Part shown: positions 1 through 14,150 of the stretch, one piece after another
Layout of the letters: the number at the start of each line of letters is the position of its first letter
Position numbering within the stretch: the first letter of the stretch is position 1
Source: Geosiphon pyriformis uo1
Lineage: Eukaryota; Fungi; Glomeromycota
Direction: 5' to 3'
Length of the DNA: 64,000 nt
Assembly (NCBI GenBank): GCA_016748015.1
Contig: JAAOMT010000563.1
Span: 186,001 to 250,000, forward strand
Made by a program: the position numbers and the translations under genes
Notes under the pieces: model-generated
The model's input: only the letters and a program-made list of their open reading frames with translations
What the model was told of the DNA's origin: nothing
Databases searched by the model: none

Positions 1-178
1 TTTTTAAAGCTAACATTAATTTTTGGGATAATTGTTAAATGTTTTGAGGAATAGTCATTATAAGAGATTTGAAATAAAAGAAAATTATTTTTGGTATATG
101 GGTTTTTATGTTATTTTTGTTTTGTTTTTTTGTAAGATTGTTTCTAAATTATAAGAAGATAACTATAATAAATTTAAG

Positions 179-3100
179 TTAAGTGTTCAAGTTGGGAGGT
201 TGTTCAATAAAAACTATTGGTTCTAAATTTTGGGGAATATCTTTGGGATTGATTAAGAGAGAATGTGTATCAATTTGTGAAATTAATAATTCAGAATTGT
301 TTATAGAATTATAGTGTTTCAAATGATTTTCATGTACAACTTTTGCTAGGATTTTGTTATCAAGTCTTAGCTTATATAATCCGTTGCCTAAAACTTCATG
401 AATAAAGAATGGTCCATCCCATTTATTTTCAAATTTCCCACTTCATTGTTTTTCAGCTTTAGTTCTGTGTAAGAAAACTTTGTTTCCAATTTTAAATCCA
501 TTGGTAACTGGAGGCAATTTGTTGTCATGCCGTTCTTTTTGTTGAGCTTGGGAGTGTTCAATATGAGTGGCTGCTATTCATTGTTTTCCTTCCAACGTGC
601 TAAGCAGAGTGTAGGCTCTTCATTGAAGTGTTTCCTGGAAATTGTTTTTATCAATTGGTTGTGCTGGGTATGTTTTTACTGTGAAACTAATTGGTAATGT
701 TGCTGTTCTTCTATAAGTTAAATCAAATAGTGTGTGTTTTGTGGTATTTTGTTTTAGTGTTCTGTATGCTAGTAACACTGATGGAATAAAGAGATCCCAT
801 TTTTGCTCAAAATTGGTTGAGACTTTGCCTAATGATTTACACAATGTTCTGTTGAAACGTTCTACAAGTCCATTTGTTTGTGGATGGTAGGGCAAAGATA
901 ATGATCTCTTGACATTAAATCATCCACAAATTTCCTGGATTAAATTGTTTACGAAATGTGTTCCTTGATCAAATAAAAGTTTTATTGGGCATCCATGTCT
1001 ACAAATAATGTCTTCATAGATGAAGTTTGTTACTGATTTCGCATCTGCTCATTGAATGGCTCTGGTTTTAGGCCATTTGGTGAGATAGTCTACAGCTACT
1101 GCAATATAACGGTTTCTTTGGTTTGTAATAGGGAGTGGTCTGACTAAATCAATACCAATTCAGTTAAAAGGCTATTTAACTTTGATTGGGTTTAAAGGTT
1201 CTGTAGGGTGAGTTTCTCCTCTTTTTTGACAACTATCACAAGATTTAACGTATTCATAAATGTCTTTTCTTATTCAAGGCCAAAAGTAATATCCTAATGT
1301 TCTCTGAGTGGTGCTGTCTTTTTCTAGATGTGCTGATGAAAAGTCTGAGTGTATGTTATATAAAATGGTTTTTTTTTCATGTTTTTGTATTAATCTGAGT
1401 GAATTGTCTGGATTTCTGAAGTTTTGATAATAAATAATGTTGTTGTGTAAAAAGTATTGTTTGGCTTGTTGTTGTAACTGATGTTTTTCATCTGGAAACC
1501 AATCTGTTGGGATTGTTAATGTCTCCAGATATTGTTTAAGATTGTTGTAGTTTTCAGAGTTCATTGTTTGTTGTTTTGTTGTTAATTCAAATGGGTGTTG
1601 GTTTTTGTATTCTAATCTTGTCTCATTCTTGAGAGACAATCAACGTTGGTGTAGAGTTTTCTTGGTTTATAGTATACAATGTATCAGTAGTTGGCTAAAA
1701 ATTCTGTCCATCAGGTTTGTTTTGCATTTAGCTGAGTGTTTTTGTTTTAAAGCCATTTGAGTCCAATATTATCAATGATAATATCAAATTTTTTAGGTCT
1801 GAAATAAAAGTTGAAGTGGTGTAGGGCCCAAATTATGGCTGCTGTTTCTAGTTCTGTGGCAGGGTAGTTTTTCTTGGCTGGTTTTAATGTTCTGCTAGCA
1901 TAAATGATTACTTGCTCATTTTCGTTGTCATTTAATTGTGATAAGATGGCACTAAAGGCAGTGTAAAAAGCATCTGTAGCTAGTCGAAATTGGTTACTGA
2001 AGTCTGAATAGGTGAGAATTGGAGCTGTTGTCAGTTTTTCCTTGAGAATTTCAAAAGCTTTTTGGTGTTCTTCTATCCATTTGTATTCGATGTTTTTAGT
2101 AGTAAGCTGGTTGAAAGGTTTTGCGATTTCTGAGAATTCTTTAATGAATTTTCAGTAATAGAAAGCTAATCCAATAAATCCTCTCAATTCTGTGGTATTT
2201 CGTGGAGTCTTGAAGTTCTTGACAGTACTGATTTTTCCAGGGTCTGGTTTAATTCCATCTTTGCTAACAATGTGACTAAGAAAAGCCAGACTTGTTTTTC
2301 TGAAGTAGCATTTTTCAATGTTCAGTTTTAATCCTGCTTTCCATAATCATTGAAAAACTTTGTGCAGGTGTTTTAAGTGTAATTCAAAAGATGGTGAATA
2401 GACATCAGTATTATTGAGATAAACAACTACTGATTTCCAAAAGAGGCCTTTGTAAACAACATCCATGAGTCTTTGGAATGTTGCTGGTGCATTGCATAAT
2501 CCAAAAGGCATTACATTGAACTCGTAGTTTCCTTCTTGAGTGGTAAATGCTGTTTTGGGACGATCTTTGGGATCCATGGCAACTTGTCAGTATCTGCTTT
2601 CTAGATCTAGTGTTGAAAAGTATTTGGATTTTCCAAGAGCATCTAACATGTCATCAATTCGGGGAAGAGGATAGGCATTTCCAATGGTGACACTATTGAG
2701 TTGTTGATAATCAACACAAAATCATATCTTTCCATTTTTCTTCTTAACTAAGACCACAGGTGAGGCCCATGGACTCATTGATGGTTGAATAAGCCCATTG
2801 TTAAGCATCTGTTGTACTTCTTCTCAGATAAATTGGTAACTTTCTGGAGCAACTCAGTAGGCTTGTTGTTGCCTTGGTTTGGCATCTCCTGTATAGATTT
2901 GGTGTTGAACCAAATCAGTTCTTCCTAAGTTATTGTTGTTTTCAGCAAAGATATCAGCAAATTTTGCAATTAGCTCTTTGAGCTGGCTCTTTTGTTGTGG
3001 TTCAAGTTGTCCTATGTTGATTCAAGATAGTTTTTCTATGACAACATGGTAGTTTTCAGAGCTGGGGTTTGGGTTGATTTTTGGTAGTGATTTCAGAGAA

Positions 3101-6100
3101 ATCGGGGACTGTTTGGGGTAATTCTTGTTGAAAGATATTACTGTAAATAACTCCAATTTCTAAGTTATTTAATAAAACTATGGGAAAATTGTTGGGATTG
3201 TAAAAAGTAACTCAGATTTTTTTTGTTCCTTCTGGAATATAAATGTTTGGAATCAAGATATTATGTTCCAAACAAACTTGTTTGTTGAATTCAAAAATTT
3301 GTTGTGTGGTTGTTGACTTTGGGCAGATGTAGATTTTCAGATGTTCTCCAAAGTGTAAAATAATAATTGGTTATAGAAGTCATAGAATCTGGTGAGATTC
3401 ATTTTGTTCATTAAGAGCTATGTTTACTGGAACTGTGAATCATCCAGTTGAACCAAAACCTTGAGTTCCTCTTTCACTTTTTCCCAATAGTTCTCTTTGA
3501 TCGACTAATTGTAAACCCAAAATGTTGATTAAGGGTAAATAAATGGCTTGAGCAATTTTTTCGGCATGTTCAATTTTAAATGGCTTGTCAGTTTTGTTTT
3601 GGAGTATTACTGTTATGTCACCAGTATATTCAGCATCAATTATTCCTCCTTTGACATTGATTTCTTTGCTTGCCAGAGAGGACTGGGAGGTAATTTGAAC
3701 CATTGTTCCTGGTAAGATTTCGAGAGCAATTTTAAAGTTGATTTTTGTGAGAGATTTGGGTTTGAGAATGAGAGTATCCTTGTCTGGATATTTTAGGTCA
3801 TATCCAGCATCAATTTCATGTGCTTTTTCGGGTTTTATTCCTTGTCTATTGTTGTTGAAGTATTTGAGTTGTAAGGCAGGTTGGTTTTTGATAAGATAGA
3901 TGGGTGTTACTTCAATTTTTTCTGTTGCTTTAGGTCTTCCAAATTCAATTTTGTTCTCATGGTTTTTACTGGACAGAAAAATGCTAAAAGCATAGCATTC
4001 AGGACACTACTGTTTATTACAAGGCATAATGCATTCTTTACATAGCCTAATGTTCATTTGCTCTAATTATTGAATTTGAGCTTCTTGGGTTGGGTAGGTG
4101 TAACTTGCAATTTGGTGGTAGACTTCTACTTCATCTTTGTAATCAAATCCAGCTAATTCTATGGTGTATTCAATGTATTCTGCTTCCTTCATCTGATGGA
4201 TATTTTCTTTGGTAGCTCCATTAATTAATGCCATTGCTAGGTCGAAAATCATCTCAGCATTATGGGGGTAGTAATAAAGTTTGTTGAAAGCACTGTTGTA
4301 TGCTGCATTAAAGGGTGTTCTTCTTTTTACTTTTTCTGAAATTGATAAAGCATATTGGCAGGTTTGATCACAGACTTCTCCTCTCATTGCTACATCAATC
4401 CAATTGCATTTTTCTGGTAGCATATCTCCACAAGTCAAACAAGGGGTGTTGTCCCATTTTCCACTTCTTTTTATTAGATGGCCCCATCATTCTCTGTAAC
4501 AAGTCTTGCAGTAATAACAAGTATGATTTTCATATTCTTCTTCAAGTGAAATACAGGCTTCTATTGAGGAGAGTTTTTTGTGGCAGTCCTTGCATTTGAG
4601 TGGAATATAGGGGTGTTGTTTTTGTGATTCTGGTTTTGAATAGAGGACATTCCATTCAGTTGTTACTGGTTCTTTTGTTTCAAAAAAACCATTTGTTGAA
4701 AAGTATTGTTGTTCAGTTTCATCAACCCAATTGGAGGTTGACCCAAGTGCCATAAATGTTTCAATGATGAGCTTTTCTTCTTCCAGTTCGAATTCAAAAG
4801 CCAGGGCTTTTTTGGAGCATTTGTTGAATGTACCACAAGTGGCAGGTACCCAGGCGTGTTGTCCTTGGTAGGAGATTGTTAACTCTTGTGTCTTCCAATT
4901 CAGATTAACATTGGCTTTTTAAAGCCAATTATTTCCGACGAGAGCTTGGTACTGGGGCGTGTCCATTACAAGAACTTTGACTGGAATAGTGATTCCATCA
5001 AAAATGAACAGAAAATTGTCAATTTCTCCTACTGGAGTCTTTTTCATGCCATCAGCAGTAACAATTACTGTTTGAGCTGGTCAGTCAACATTTCTCTTTA
5101 ACTGTTGCATTAACTGGTAGGTGATGATGCTTCCAGCAGATTCACTGTCTAGGATCAAGCGAATTGCCTTTCTTTCGACTTTTGCTTCAGTGTACATAGC
5201 AGTAATTGCTTTTTGTTTGTTGGCAGCTACATTGCTAAACAGGAATGGTGACTCATTTGCTTCAAACTCAAAAGGGAATATGTCTGAAAGATTGGCATTT
5301 TCAGCAATTCTGGCTGGTGGGATTGTAGTAGGAGTATAGAGAAGGTTTTGTTGTCTTACTGCAGCTCTACCTTCCGAGAGTATAGTATGGTGAAAATCCG
5401 GTTCTTCAGGTATTATAAGATAGCTAGATTGAGTATGATAATGGGTGAGTCTTGGCTGAGCTGGATTTCAGGAAACTAATTGGTTGTTCGAATTGATTCT
5501 ATTGTTGTTTATTTGGTATCGGGTTTGTGGTGTAAATTGATTTTGCAGAATTAATCTTCGAGCAGACACTTAATAATGTTGGGTGGGTGGTTGTTGGTAT
5601 TGCTATTGAATTGGCTGTGGGCAAACTGATAATAGTTACTTTGATATTGGGGTCTTGGTGGATAGTAAGCTGATGGTGGTAATTGATAATAAGATTGTTG
5701 TGGTAGAGAGTAACATTGATTACTCCTATTTTGTTGGTCTCATTGTAGCTTTCTGCAATCTTTTTTCCAGTGGCCAGGAATTCCACAGTAATAGCAACTC
5801 TGAGGCTGGTTATTAGAAGATGATGTAAAGTTGTTTTGATTCTGTCTTTAGGGTGGTTAATATCTTTGGGGTTATTGTTGTTGTTGGTTGGTAAAATAGT
5901 TTTCAACTTTCTTTGTGAGTTGGTCAATTTTCTCTTCAGTTGCTAAGCTGGTCTCTCCAATGGTTAAGTTTATGAGTTTTGTATGATTGGTTTCTTCCAT
6001 GGTCATTTCATATCTCTTTGCATGCTGAATGGCAGAGTTTAAATCTTCTGGGGCATGTGGACAAACTTTTTTAATCAGTTTATCCTTTAAACCAGCAATA

Positions 6101-7253
6101 AATTGATCCAAGATTTGAGCATCAGAATAATAATCATTAGTTTCAAGTTGGCAAATTTGTCTGAGAAGTTTATTGAATTTTCCAATATAAGTTATAACAG
6201 ATTTGGAGGGTTCTTGTTTGATATTGCAAAAACAATTTTGAAGTGTGATTGAGGTGTTATTATCAGTGAATTGTTCTAAGAAGGCAGTTTTGAAAGCTGT
6301 TTAGTCATTAAAAGGAGTGGTCAAGTTTTCGAACCATTCACCTGCTGTTCCTTTGAGAAAGTAGAGAATTGTTCTTAACATTCGGACAGCATTTCATCCA
6401 TTTGCATCTCCAGCTTTAGTAACTTGGTCAAGCCATTTTTGGGGACTGGTCTCAATATCTTCTCCATTAAATTCGGAAATTTTTGCAATATAAACTGTCA
6501 TTTCATTTTCTTTCTCATTATCTGTTAATTCACTTTCTTCTTCAGATTCTACTTCTTTTTTGATGGATTCAGAAACATTTTCTTCATTGGCTAATGTTTC
6601 AGAGTGTTTACTTGTGTTTTCTGCTAAATAGTCAAGAAGATTGGTACTAGTCTGAAGGGTTTCTTGTTGTCTGGTGGGACTTCTGGATAATATATAATCT
6701 TCTAATCTTGAAAATCAATTTAAAGGTGAATTAGAAGTTTCTGCTTGTGCAAATAAAACTGAAAAAGGTGTAATAGTGAGTGAGAGTTTCGAACTGGTTC
6801 TTTGTTCAGATGTTTGTAAGTGTTTGGCAGTTGTTTTGGTAGTATTGGAGTATTTGGGGTGGTTTTTGAGTATTGCTTCAATTTTTGTTTGTCTTTGTTG
6901 CTTGTTTCTGTCTCTGATTCAAAGTCAAAAGAGTATTTAGACTGTACTGGGTATTTTTTTTCACAATACTCAATAATGTTAAAATTAAGTTCTTGGAAGT
7001 AGGTAGCAAGTGTTTTACTGTTCAGATCTTCTGTTCCCAGTTGTAAATAGTACACTAAATTATTGTAGAGGTTGTTTCTAACTTCTGAAATGTTGTAGTT
7101 TCCAAAAAGATAATTGTTGATATGGTTTTTAATGTATTGGTATACTGATTTTTTGACAACTTCAATTTCATCTGGAATGTTGAATCTTTGCTTGCAGTGT
7201 GTGTAAATTGACTGGTAATACTCTAGAGTTGTTGTGTCTGGTGTGGTTGCCAC
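179..7253 (-). pseudogene. gag-pol polyprotein of Gypsy copy A, interrupted by many stops and a few frameshifts
   Basis: ORF fragments: PYHPQTNGLVERFNRTL (integrase), KTAFTTQEGNYEFNVMPFGLCNAPATFQRLM (RT), GGIIDAEYTGDI...RGTQGFGSTG (dUTPase), DQFIAGLKDKL (Gag); terminal TAA at 179-181. Confidence 0.92.
3443..3840 (-). pseudogene. dUTPase domain within pol of copy A
   Basis: Trimeric dUTPase motifs DAGYDL, SSLA, GIIDAEYTG, IAQ, RGTQGFGSTG; boundaries approximate. Confidence 0.9.
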
Positions 7254-7280
7254 TTTGAATTTGTTGTTACTGTGTTATTT

Positions 7281-7296
7281 CCATAGGAGAGCACCA
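7281..7296 (-). other. Primer-binding site of copy A
   Basis: TGGTGCTCTCCTATGG starts 2 nt inside the LTR end; TGG is complementary to tRNA CCA. Confidence 0.8.
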
Positions 7297-7298
7297 AA

Positions 7299-8273
7299 TG
7301 TTACCAGAGGTTTTTGGTCTCTTTTCTTAAATGTTGTCAATGCTTGTTTGTTGTGAATTCACATTTTCTGGATGTGGTTGAATCTCCAGTAACTGAATTT
7401 ATCTTCAAATTATCTTCTATAATTTAAACTGCTGGGCTTATAAGTAGAACGGCCAATTCCATACCAGTTACTTTGTATAGTTATGTTGTAGTAAATGTCA
7501 ACTCTTTCCCAGGAATTGCTCATCTGGAAGCTCATTAAAAAATGTGTAGTTACTTTGCTATGAAAGTCAACTCTTTTACAGGAATTTCATCTGTAGACTA
7601 CCCTAATGATTGTAATAAGAAAAGAAAAAAAAAATAAAAGAAATGTAAAAAAAATAGAATTTTATCAAGGGAAACGTTTTTCTATCCAGGTCTGGAATAA
7701 CTAACAGTTTTATTGAAATTGGTAGCTAATCAATTTCAAAACTGTTTAGTAGGAATTGGTTAATTTTATAAGAGAAATAATTAAGGATTTGATTTTTCGA
7801 ATTATTTGATATTTATTTCGTTTTTGTGTGTAAAAGATAATTCTAATTGTTAAATCTGAAGTAAGATACATTTTCTCAAAGAGAGAAGCTCTTCTTTTAT
7901 ACAACTTGTCATAACACTATTCTATGAATTTGAACTTTGCTTTTTTCTATAATTTTGCTGAACTAAAGATATATTTTGACAAACTACAAGTTATTTTTGC
8001 GAACTATTAAAAATTTCGGTAAACTATCAATTATTTCAGCAAATTTCTACAAATTTCAGCGAACTTTTGAATGTTACATATTTTGGGGTATTGCATGATT
8101 GATCATCACACTTAGGTTACATTTGTGTTATGTACAAATTGGGTTATTAGTTAAATGATAATTTCAGACATTTTGCTAAGTAATGATTTGAAATGATAAT
8201 ATATGCTAATTAATGATAAGATTTATAAAAGTAATTTCATGCTAAACAATATCTCTAATTTTGTTTGGTAATA
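7299..8273 (-). repeat. 5' LTR of copy A (975 bp, family 1)
   Basis: TGTTACCAGA...TTTGGTAATA termini; aligns along its length with LTRs at 30781 and 39961. Confidence 0.92.
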
Positions 8274-9600
8274 ATAATAAAAATTATGTATATATAGCAA
8301 TAATACCAGAAGTAAGAAAAATATTCAAAAATATTCAAAAATTCACATATTCAGACAAATTTTTAGTTAGAAAACAAGAAATATTCATAACATATATTTT
8401 TTTTTAAAAGATAGTTTTTTATATTTTGAAGTGAAATTATCTAAATATTAAATAAAATTTTTTTTTATATTGGATTAACATTATTATTTTCTGACTTTAT
8501 TAGCAACTTATGCTAATAATATTTGTCATTTAATCACACTAAACTAATAGGTTTTAATTATAATTATTAATGAAATACTAATTTTTTATTTTTTTTTCTT
8601 ATTTTCTTTTTTTTGTTTTATGTTATATACTAATTGATTAAGAAATTAAGTATTAAAATATTAATATTAAGAATAATTTGGTAAAAAACTCATAAAACAA
8701 GAGTGAAAACTTAAAAATAATTTATCAAAAAGACATAACTATTAGATTAAACTAATATTATAGATAATTATTTAAGATGTTAAAATAAATAACAAATCCA
8801 TAACTTGGTGTTTAATGGCTAATAATACAATTGATGATTTTGATTGAATTTTTTGTATAATAAACAGAAATTCATTTGGTAATTATTTTTCTGACTTTTT
8901 TTTTCAGCATAAAGACTGGTTTAATCTAGTAGTTATGCTTTTCTAATAAGCTATTCTTAAGTTTTTATTCTTGTTTCATAAGTTTTTTACTAGACTATTC
9001 TTGATATCAATATCTCAATACTTAATTTTTTAATCAATTAGTATCTAATCTAAAATAAATAAATAAAAAATAAAATAAAATAAAAAATTAGTATCTTATT
9101 AATAACTGTAAATAAAAATGACATAAATTAAATGATAAAATAATAATTTTATTGAATATTTGAAGAATTTCACTTTAAGATATAAAAAACTATTTTTTAA
9201 AAAAAAAATATATTATGAATATTTATAGTTAACTAACTAAAAATTTGTCTGGATGTAAATTGAATCTAAATGTAAAAATTTGAATATTTTTTTATTTTTA
9301 ATACTACTGCTATATATACATAATTCCTATTATACAATATTTTATATATCCTTATTTTTTTCTATGTTATTTTCTAAAACTGTGCTTATTCTTAAACAAT
9401 ATATTATAATTTCTTGAAAATGTATTTATTTCTTGTAAATGTCTATATTTCTGAAAATGTGTTGTAATTTTCTGACAATATGCTTATTTTTTATAAATAT
9501 ATACATTCCTAAAAATATGTTTACATGTTAAGTACTATTTTTATTGGCTTATTTTTATAATCTGTTTTTCTTATTTTTTTCTTGTATTTTTTTTTTATAA
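8274..9600. repeat. Two nested, oppositely oriented decayed LTR relics of family 2
   Basis: 8274-8460 is the reverse complement of about 9141-9333; 8756 onward (tattatagataattattt...aataacaaatccataacttgg) matches the LTR start at 16717 and 63954; right boundary approximate. Confidence 0.6.
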
Positions 9601-10984
9601 ATAATAATAAATAGTAAAAAAAATTTTTTCAGTATTTGTTGGTATTTATCTAATAATTTTTTGGTAAGTATTAGTATTAGTTTTTTGTAAGAATCAAGTA
9701 GTAAAAGAGCCTTGAAAATAGTCACCAACAATTTGGAACTTTTATTTTGTATTATATTGATTGGCAGTAATTGTTCTTTCAAAATTATCTAACTATTTAA
9801 TTAAATCTTGTATATTGCTTTTAAATAAAGATAGTAAAATATTGTTTTTTTATCTTAAAACAGTTTTTATGTCTTAAAAAATAGCCAGAATATTTGCTTG
9901 CATAAAGTTAACAACTATTGGTTTAAGAGTAATTGTTTGTGTAAAATAATCTGATTAATTTAAAAAAAAATCAAAAACAAAAGCAGTTTGATAACTTTTT
10001 TTTTCTGTTTTAAATAGAGTTTTAGTTAATTAATAGACTGTAATTTAGATATAGATTTGATAATTCAGATATTCAAAATTAGAACTGTTGTTCAAAAATT
10101 ATTAAATATAAAAGCTGATTAATATTATTGTTTTTTTTTTCAAAATTGTCTTAAAAATAAGCTTAATCAAAGAAATAAATTGTATATTTTATGTAAATTT
10201 TAGCTAAATGTTTATTTAAAATCCAATTTCAAAAGTTTTGGAATTATTTATTAAATTGTTTTTTAATAAGAGAGCAGATTAAACAGAAGGGCAAAGAATT
10301 AAGTATAATAAAGTTAAAATTGTTTTTGTTGTGTGCTTTAAAATGTTTTTTTAATTGTTATAATAAATATAAATAATTATTTATATAATAAAAAACAAGT
10401 GAATTTTAATAATCTTACAAAGAACACTATTTTTATGTTATGAGTTGGAATAACAAATTAATAAATAACAAGAAAAAATAAGATTGTAAAATAATAGAAT
10501 TAATTAAAAAAAAATTAATTTTAAAAAGCAAATTGAATAAATATGGATTTAATATATAGGATTAGTCTTATAAAATATTTTAGTTGCTAATTTTTCCAAA
10601 AAATAACTAAAAAATCTGAAAGTAGAAAGATAATTTGTATTGTCAACAAATAATAACATATTGATATAATTCTATGTCTTATATTAATGCTTTTAAAATT
10701 TAATATTAGATATTAGATGTACTTTTTAATTATATTTTATTTAATAATCTTTAAATATTATAATTATACAGATTAGAAAAGAGTAAATAAATATCAACAA
10801 GTAATTTTTTATCTCAAAATATTTAGATAATTAAAGATAAAAAATAAGAAAAAGAAAAGGGAAATAAACAATAAAAAAAAGATTAAATTAATAGATATTG
10901 TTTTATTTTTTTGATTTTTTATATATATTTTTATATGTTTTTTTACAATTAAAAGATTTATTGCTTATATAACTATTAAAAGTA

Positions 10985-11080
10985 ATCAATAATCAGATTA
11001 ATAATCAAGTTAATAATTAGATTAATAATCAAGTCAATAATTAAATCAATAATTAAGTCATTGATTAAGTTAACAATTAT
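10985..11080 (+). repeat. 12-bp tandem repeat, about 8 degenerate units (RTYAAYRATYAR)
   Basis: atcaataatcag attaataatcaa gttaataattag attaataatcaa gtcaataattaa atcaataattaa gtcattgattaa gttaacaattat. Confidence 0.7.
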
Positions 11081-11129
11081 TATCTAAAAATAGGATGGCT
11101 AATTATATAATATTAATGACTAATATATA

Positions 11130-12100
11130 TAATAACTAATAAAAATTATAGGTTTTAATCATAACAATATTTAACATAAAATTATTTTTATAATTCTTAT
11201 TATTAATTAAGTATATATTATTATTTTAATTTATTATTTATTATCTTATTTAATTACTCAAATTATTATTCAATTAATAATTTAATTTATACAAAACATA
11301 AATATAATCAAATTGTAATAATTAGATTATGTAATATACTAAACTATATAATATTTAAAATTTATTGAAATATTTAGTAATTTAACAAATTATTCAAACA
11401 GTTTATTAAAATAACTCATAATTTACAGAAATAACTTGTAATTTAATAAAATATATTTTTAGTTTGTTAAAAAATTAGAAAAAAAAAAAGTATTAAATCA
11501 AAGAATAATATTATAACAAGTTATATAAAAGAAAAACTTTTTTTTAAGAACATATATTTTGGTTAAAATTAATTTTATTTTAACTTAAGATATATAAATA
11601 ATCTTCTTTATAAATTAACTTAAAAAACATAAAAATTTTCTAATTACTATTGCTTTGAAAATAATTATTTTATATTAATATTTTAAAATTGATTAGTTAT
11701 CAATTTTAATAACTATTAGTAACTTTTAAGTTTAAATTCAAAACAACTTTTTTAATATATTTTTTTTTACTTTTTTATATTATTAAATAGCTTACAATCA
11801 AGTTTTTTTATAAAAAAGTTGATTTTTACAACATAATAATTACACATTAAATTAAAAAGCTTACAAATAAAAATTTTTTGTAAAAAAATTGATTTTTATT
11901 GCAAAGTAACTATATAAATAATTGGCATGAAATTGGCTATTTTATTATAAATTTAACAATATATATAGCTTAAAATATAAAAAAATACTTTGGAAAAAAA
12001 ATTAGCTTATTAAAAGTTTATTAATTTTTATTAATAGCAAAATTAACACCAAAATAGTATTAACAATAACAAAAAAAATATAAAAAAATTTTCAGTAATA
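11130..12100 (+). repeat. Heavily AT-converted LTR of family 1, opposite orientation to copies A/B
   Basis: Reverse-complement match to family-1 LTR blocks (e.g. attggcatgaaattggc, agcttacaatca); ends ...ttttcagtaata at 12100; about 970 bp; left end approximate, no clear TSD. Confidence 0.65.
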
Positions 12101-14150
12101 CCAGTTTAACCACAAAAATTAGAGAATTATTTATATATAAAAACATATTAATTTAAAAGTTTATTAGAATAGCTATTGTTTTATTTATATTAAAAATAAT
12201 ATTACTAAAATTAAAAAATTCACTTATAATATTTAATATTTTCTGTATAATTATGTGACAATTATCAATTTAAATTGTGTTATTAACAAAAATACTTAAA
12301 ACCAAATATAAGATTATGTCAATATTAGACTTAATTTTGCTGGTTTTTGCCATAAATCTGAATTTTACTCAATATTCAAAAAATAATTTATGTTTTTTTA
12401 TTTTATACAAAAAAAAATTATAAAAGATTTTTTATAAAAGAAGTAAAAATATTTTATCTTAATTTATTTTATTTTGAACTTTGTATTTTGTAGACAAATC
12501 AAAGTTTGTTATAATTTTATTAATATAATTATTATAAATATGATTAAAAAAATTAATAAACTTATTACACATTTTAATATTTCCTAAACTATTGTTTAAA
12601 TATTTTTATTTTATTAAGTCATAAGTCTTATACATATTTTAAAATACCAACCAAATTTTTTTGCTCTTTTTTAATGTATTTTTAACAACAAAACCAATTA
12701 CAAAGATAAGAAATTAGGTCAAAGTACTTTTAAAAATTAAAGAGTTGTTCTTTTTAAAAATATTATATTTGTTATATACTGCTAAAATATGGTCAAATAA
12801 AACTTTAAACAGAATTTTCCATGTAGTTTTTATTAGAACTATAAATTTAATATTGATTAAAATATCTTTATATTTATAAAGTTTTAAAATTATAAACATT
12901 TATGTTTTTTTTTAAGCATTAAGAATTTTTTTTTTTAGAAAACACTCATTAAGCAAATTCAAAAACTAGTATAAAACAAACTTGTTATAATATTTTTATA
13001 TTTTGTTAAAGATTTTAAACAAATTAGTTAATTTTTTATTTAAAAAATTTTTAACAACTATTAAAAACTTAGCAAATTTAATTTTTTTTTATATTAAAAA
13101 CAGCTTTTATATTGTAATTTTTAACTGCTTTGGTTTTTAACAATTTATGAAATCTGTATATTTTTTTAAATTAAGCCAATATTTATTTTATTTTATTTAT
13201 TTTAGAATACCACCCATAATATTAATAAAGTTATTAACTAGACTTAAATTTAACATAATCTATTTATTTGATAAAATTTAAAATCATTTTAAATTACCAA
13301 ATTTAAATATTTTTGAAATTTTAGAAACCAGCAATTTTAGCCAATAAAATCTAAATAAAACAGCATTTTTAATTATACTATTACAAAACTAGATTTTCAA
13401 AAAATAATATCTGTTATAAAAACCAATATGTAATATATAAAATCTTATATTTTATAAGATTTTCAATTTTTTTACATTTATTAAAATTTGTAATAGTATT
13501 TAAAATAGCATTTAAAAACAAAACATTAAATTTGTTTTAAACATTTTTATTAACACTTTTTTATTCTGTATTTCCAATAATTTCTGTTTACTTGTTTTTA
13601 TACTAAGTTAACTTGAAAGTTAAAAAGATTATTTAAATCAATATTTATTAAAATAATCAAATAATCAGAGTTAAAAAACTTATTTGAACAATATACTTGC
13701 TAATTAAACACAATACTCTAAAAACTTTTACTAATTATTACAAAATTCAAACACTTTTGTACACTTTATATATTAGACTAAATTGGAATTTTATAAACAA
13801 AAAAAATTCAATAAGCATTAAACAAATCCAAATTTAAGAATTTTTTAAAACTAGCATTATAACCAGATTTATTTTTATTGAAATTACTTTTAAATACCAC
13901 AAATAAACTGTTATTTAATATTATAGCTATCATTAAATTAATTTTATGAGCTTAAACTAATTTTTTTTTCAGTGTAACACTAGTATACAAACTTAAAATT
14001 ATGATTAAAAGATGGTTTTTAAACAAAAAATATATTAACAATAGACAATTTGTCATTTTTAAAATCTTATACATATGTTTTACTATATTATTATTTACAA
14101 TAACAATAATATTTAAACCAAGATAATCAACTCCAAAAGTAAAAACAGTG
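12101..14150 (-). pseudogene. Fossil LINE ORF2 fragment (endonuclease to RT)
   Basis: ORF 12714-12899 IILKLYKYKDILINIKFIVLIKTTWKILFK is the C>T/G>A-eroded form of MISKPYKWESILINTRPIALIETVYKILSK (53371-53838); endonuclease-like remnants near 14000-14140. Confidence 0.7.

Larger units (their letters stand above)
1..8273 (-). mobile_element. Ty3/Gypsy LTR retrotransposon copy A (family 1), degenerate; 3' end and 3' LTR lie outside the window
   Basis: 5' LTR 7299-8273, PBS, then gag-PR-Cys-rich-dUTPase-RT-RNaseH-IN on the minus strand; collinear with copy B (30781-40941); RT-RH-IN order is Ty3/Gypsy. Confidence 0.95.

Noticed and set aside
4315-5339. Antisense ORFs conserved between Gypsy copies (4315-4599 vs 37010-37294, 5121-5339 vs 37801-38019 and similar)
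   Set aside because: Short shadows of the pol frame with non-ATG starts; conservation follows from the sense-strand protein.
8274-9333. DNA transposon with ~190-bp terminal inverted repeats
   Set aside because: Both arms are internal parts of two oppositely oriented family-2 LTR relics that extend beyond the matching segment.
10985-11080. CRISPR-like or telomeric array (also 47975-48125)
   Set aside because: Contiguous degenerate units without spacers or G-rich telomere motif in a eukaryotic context; ordinary minisatellites.
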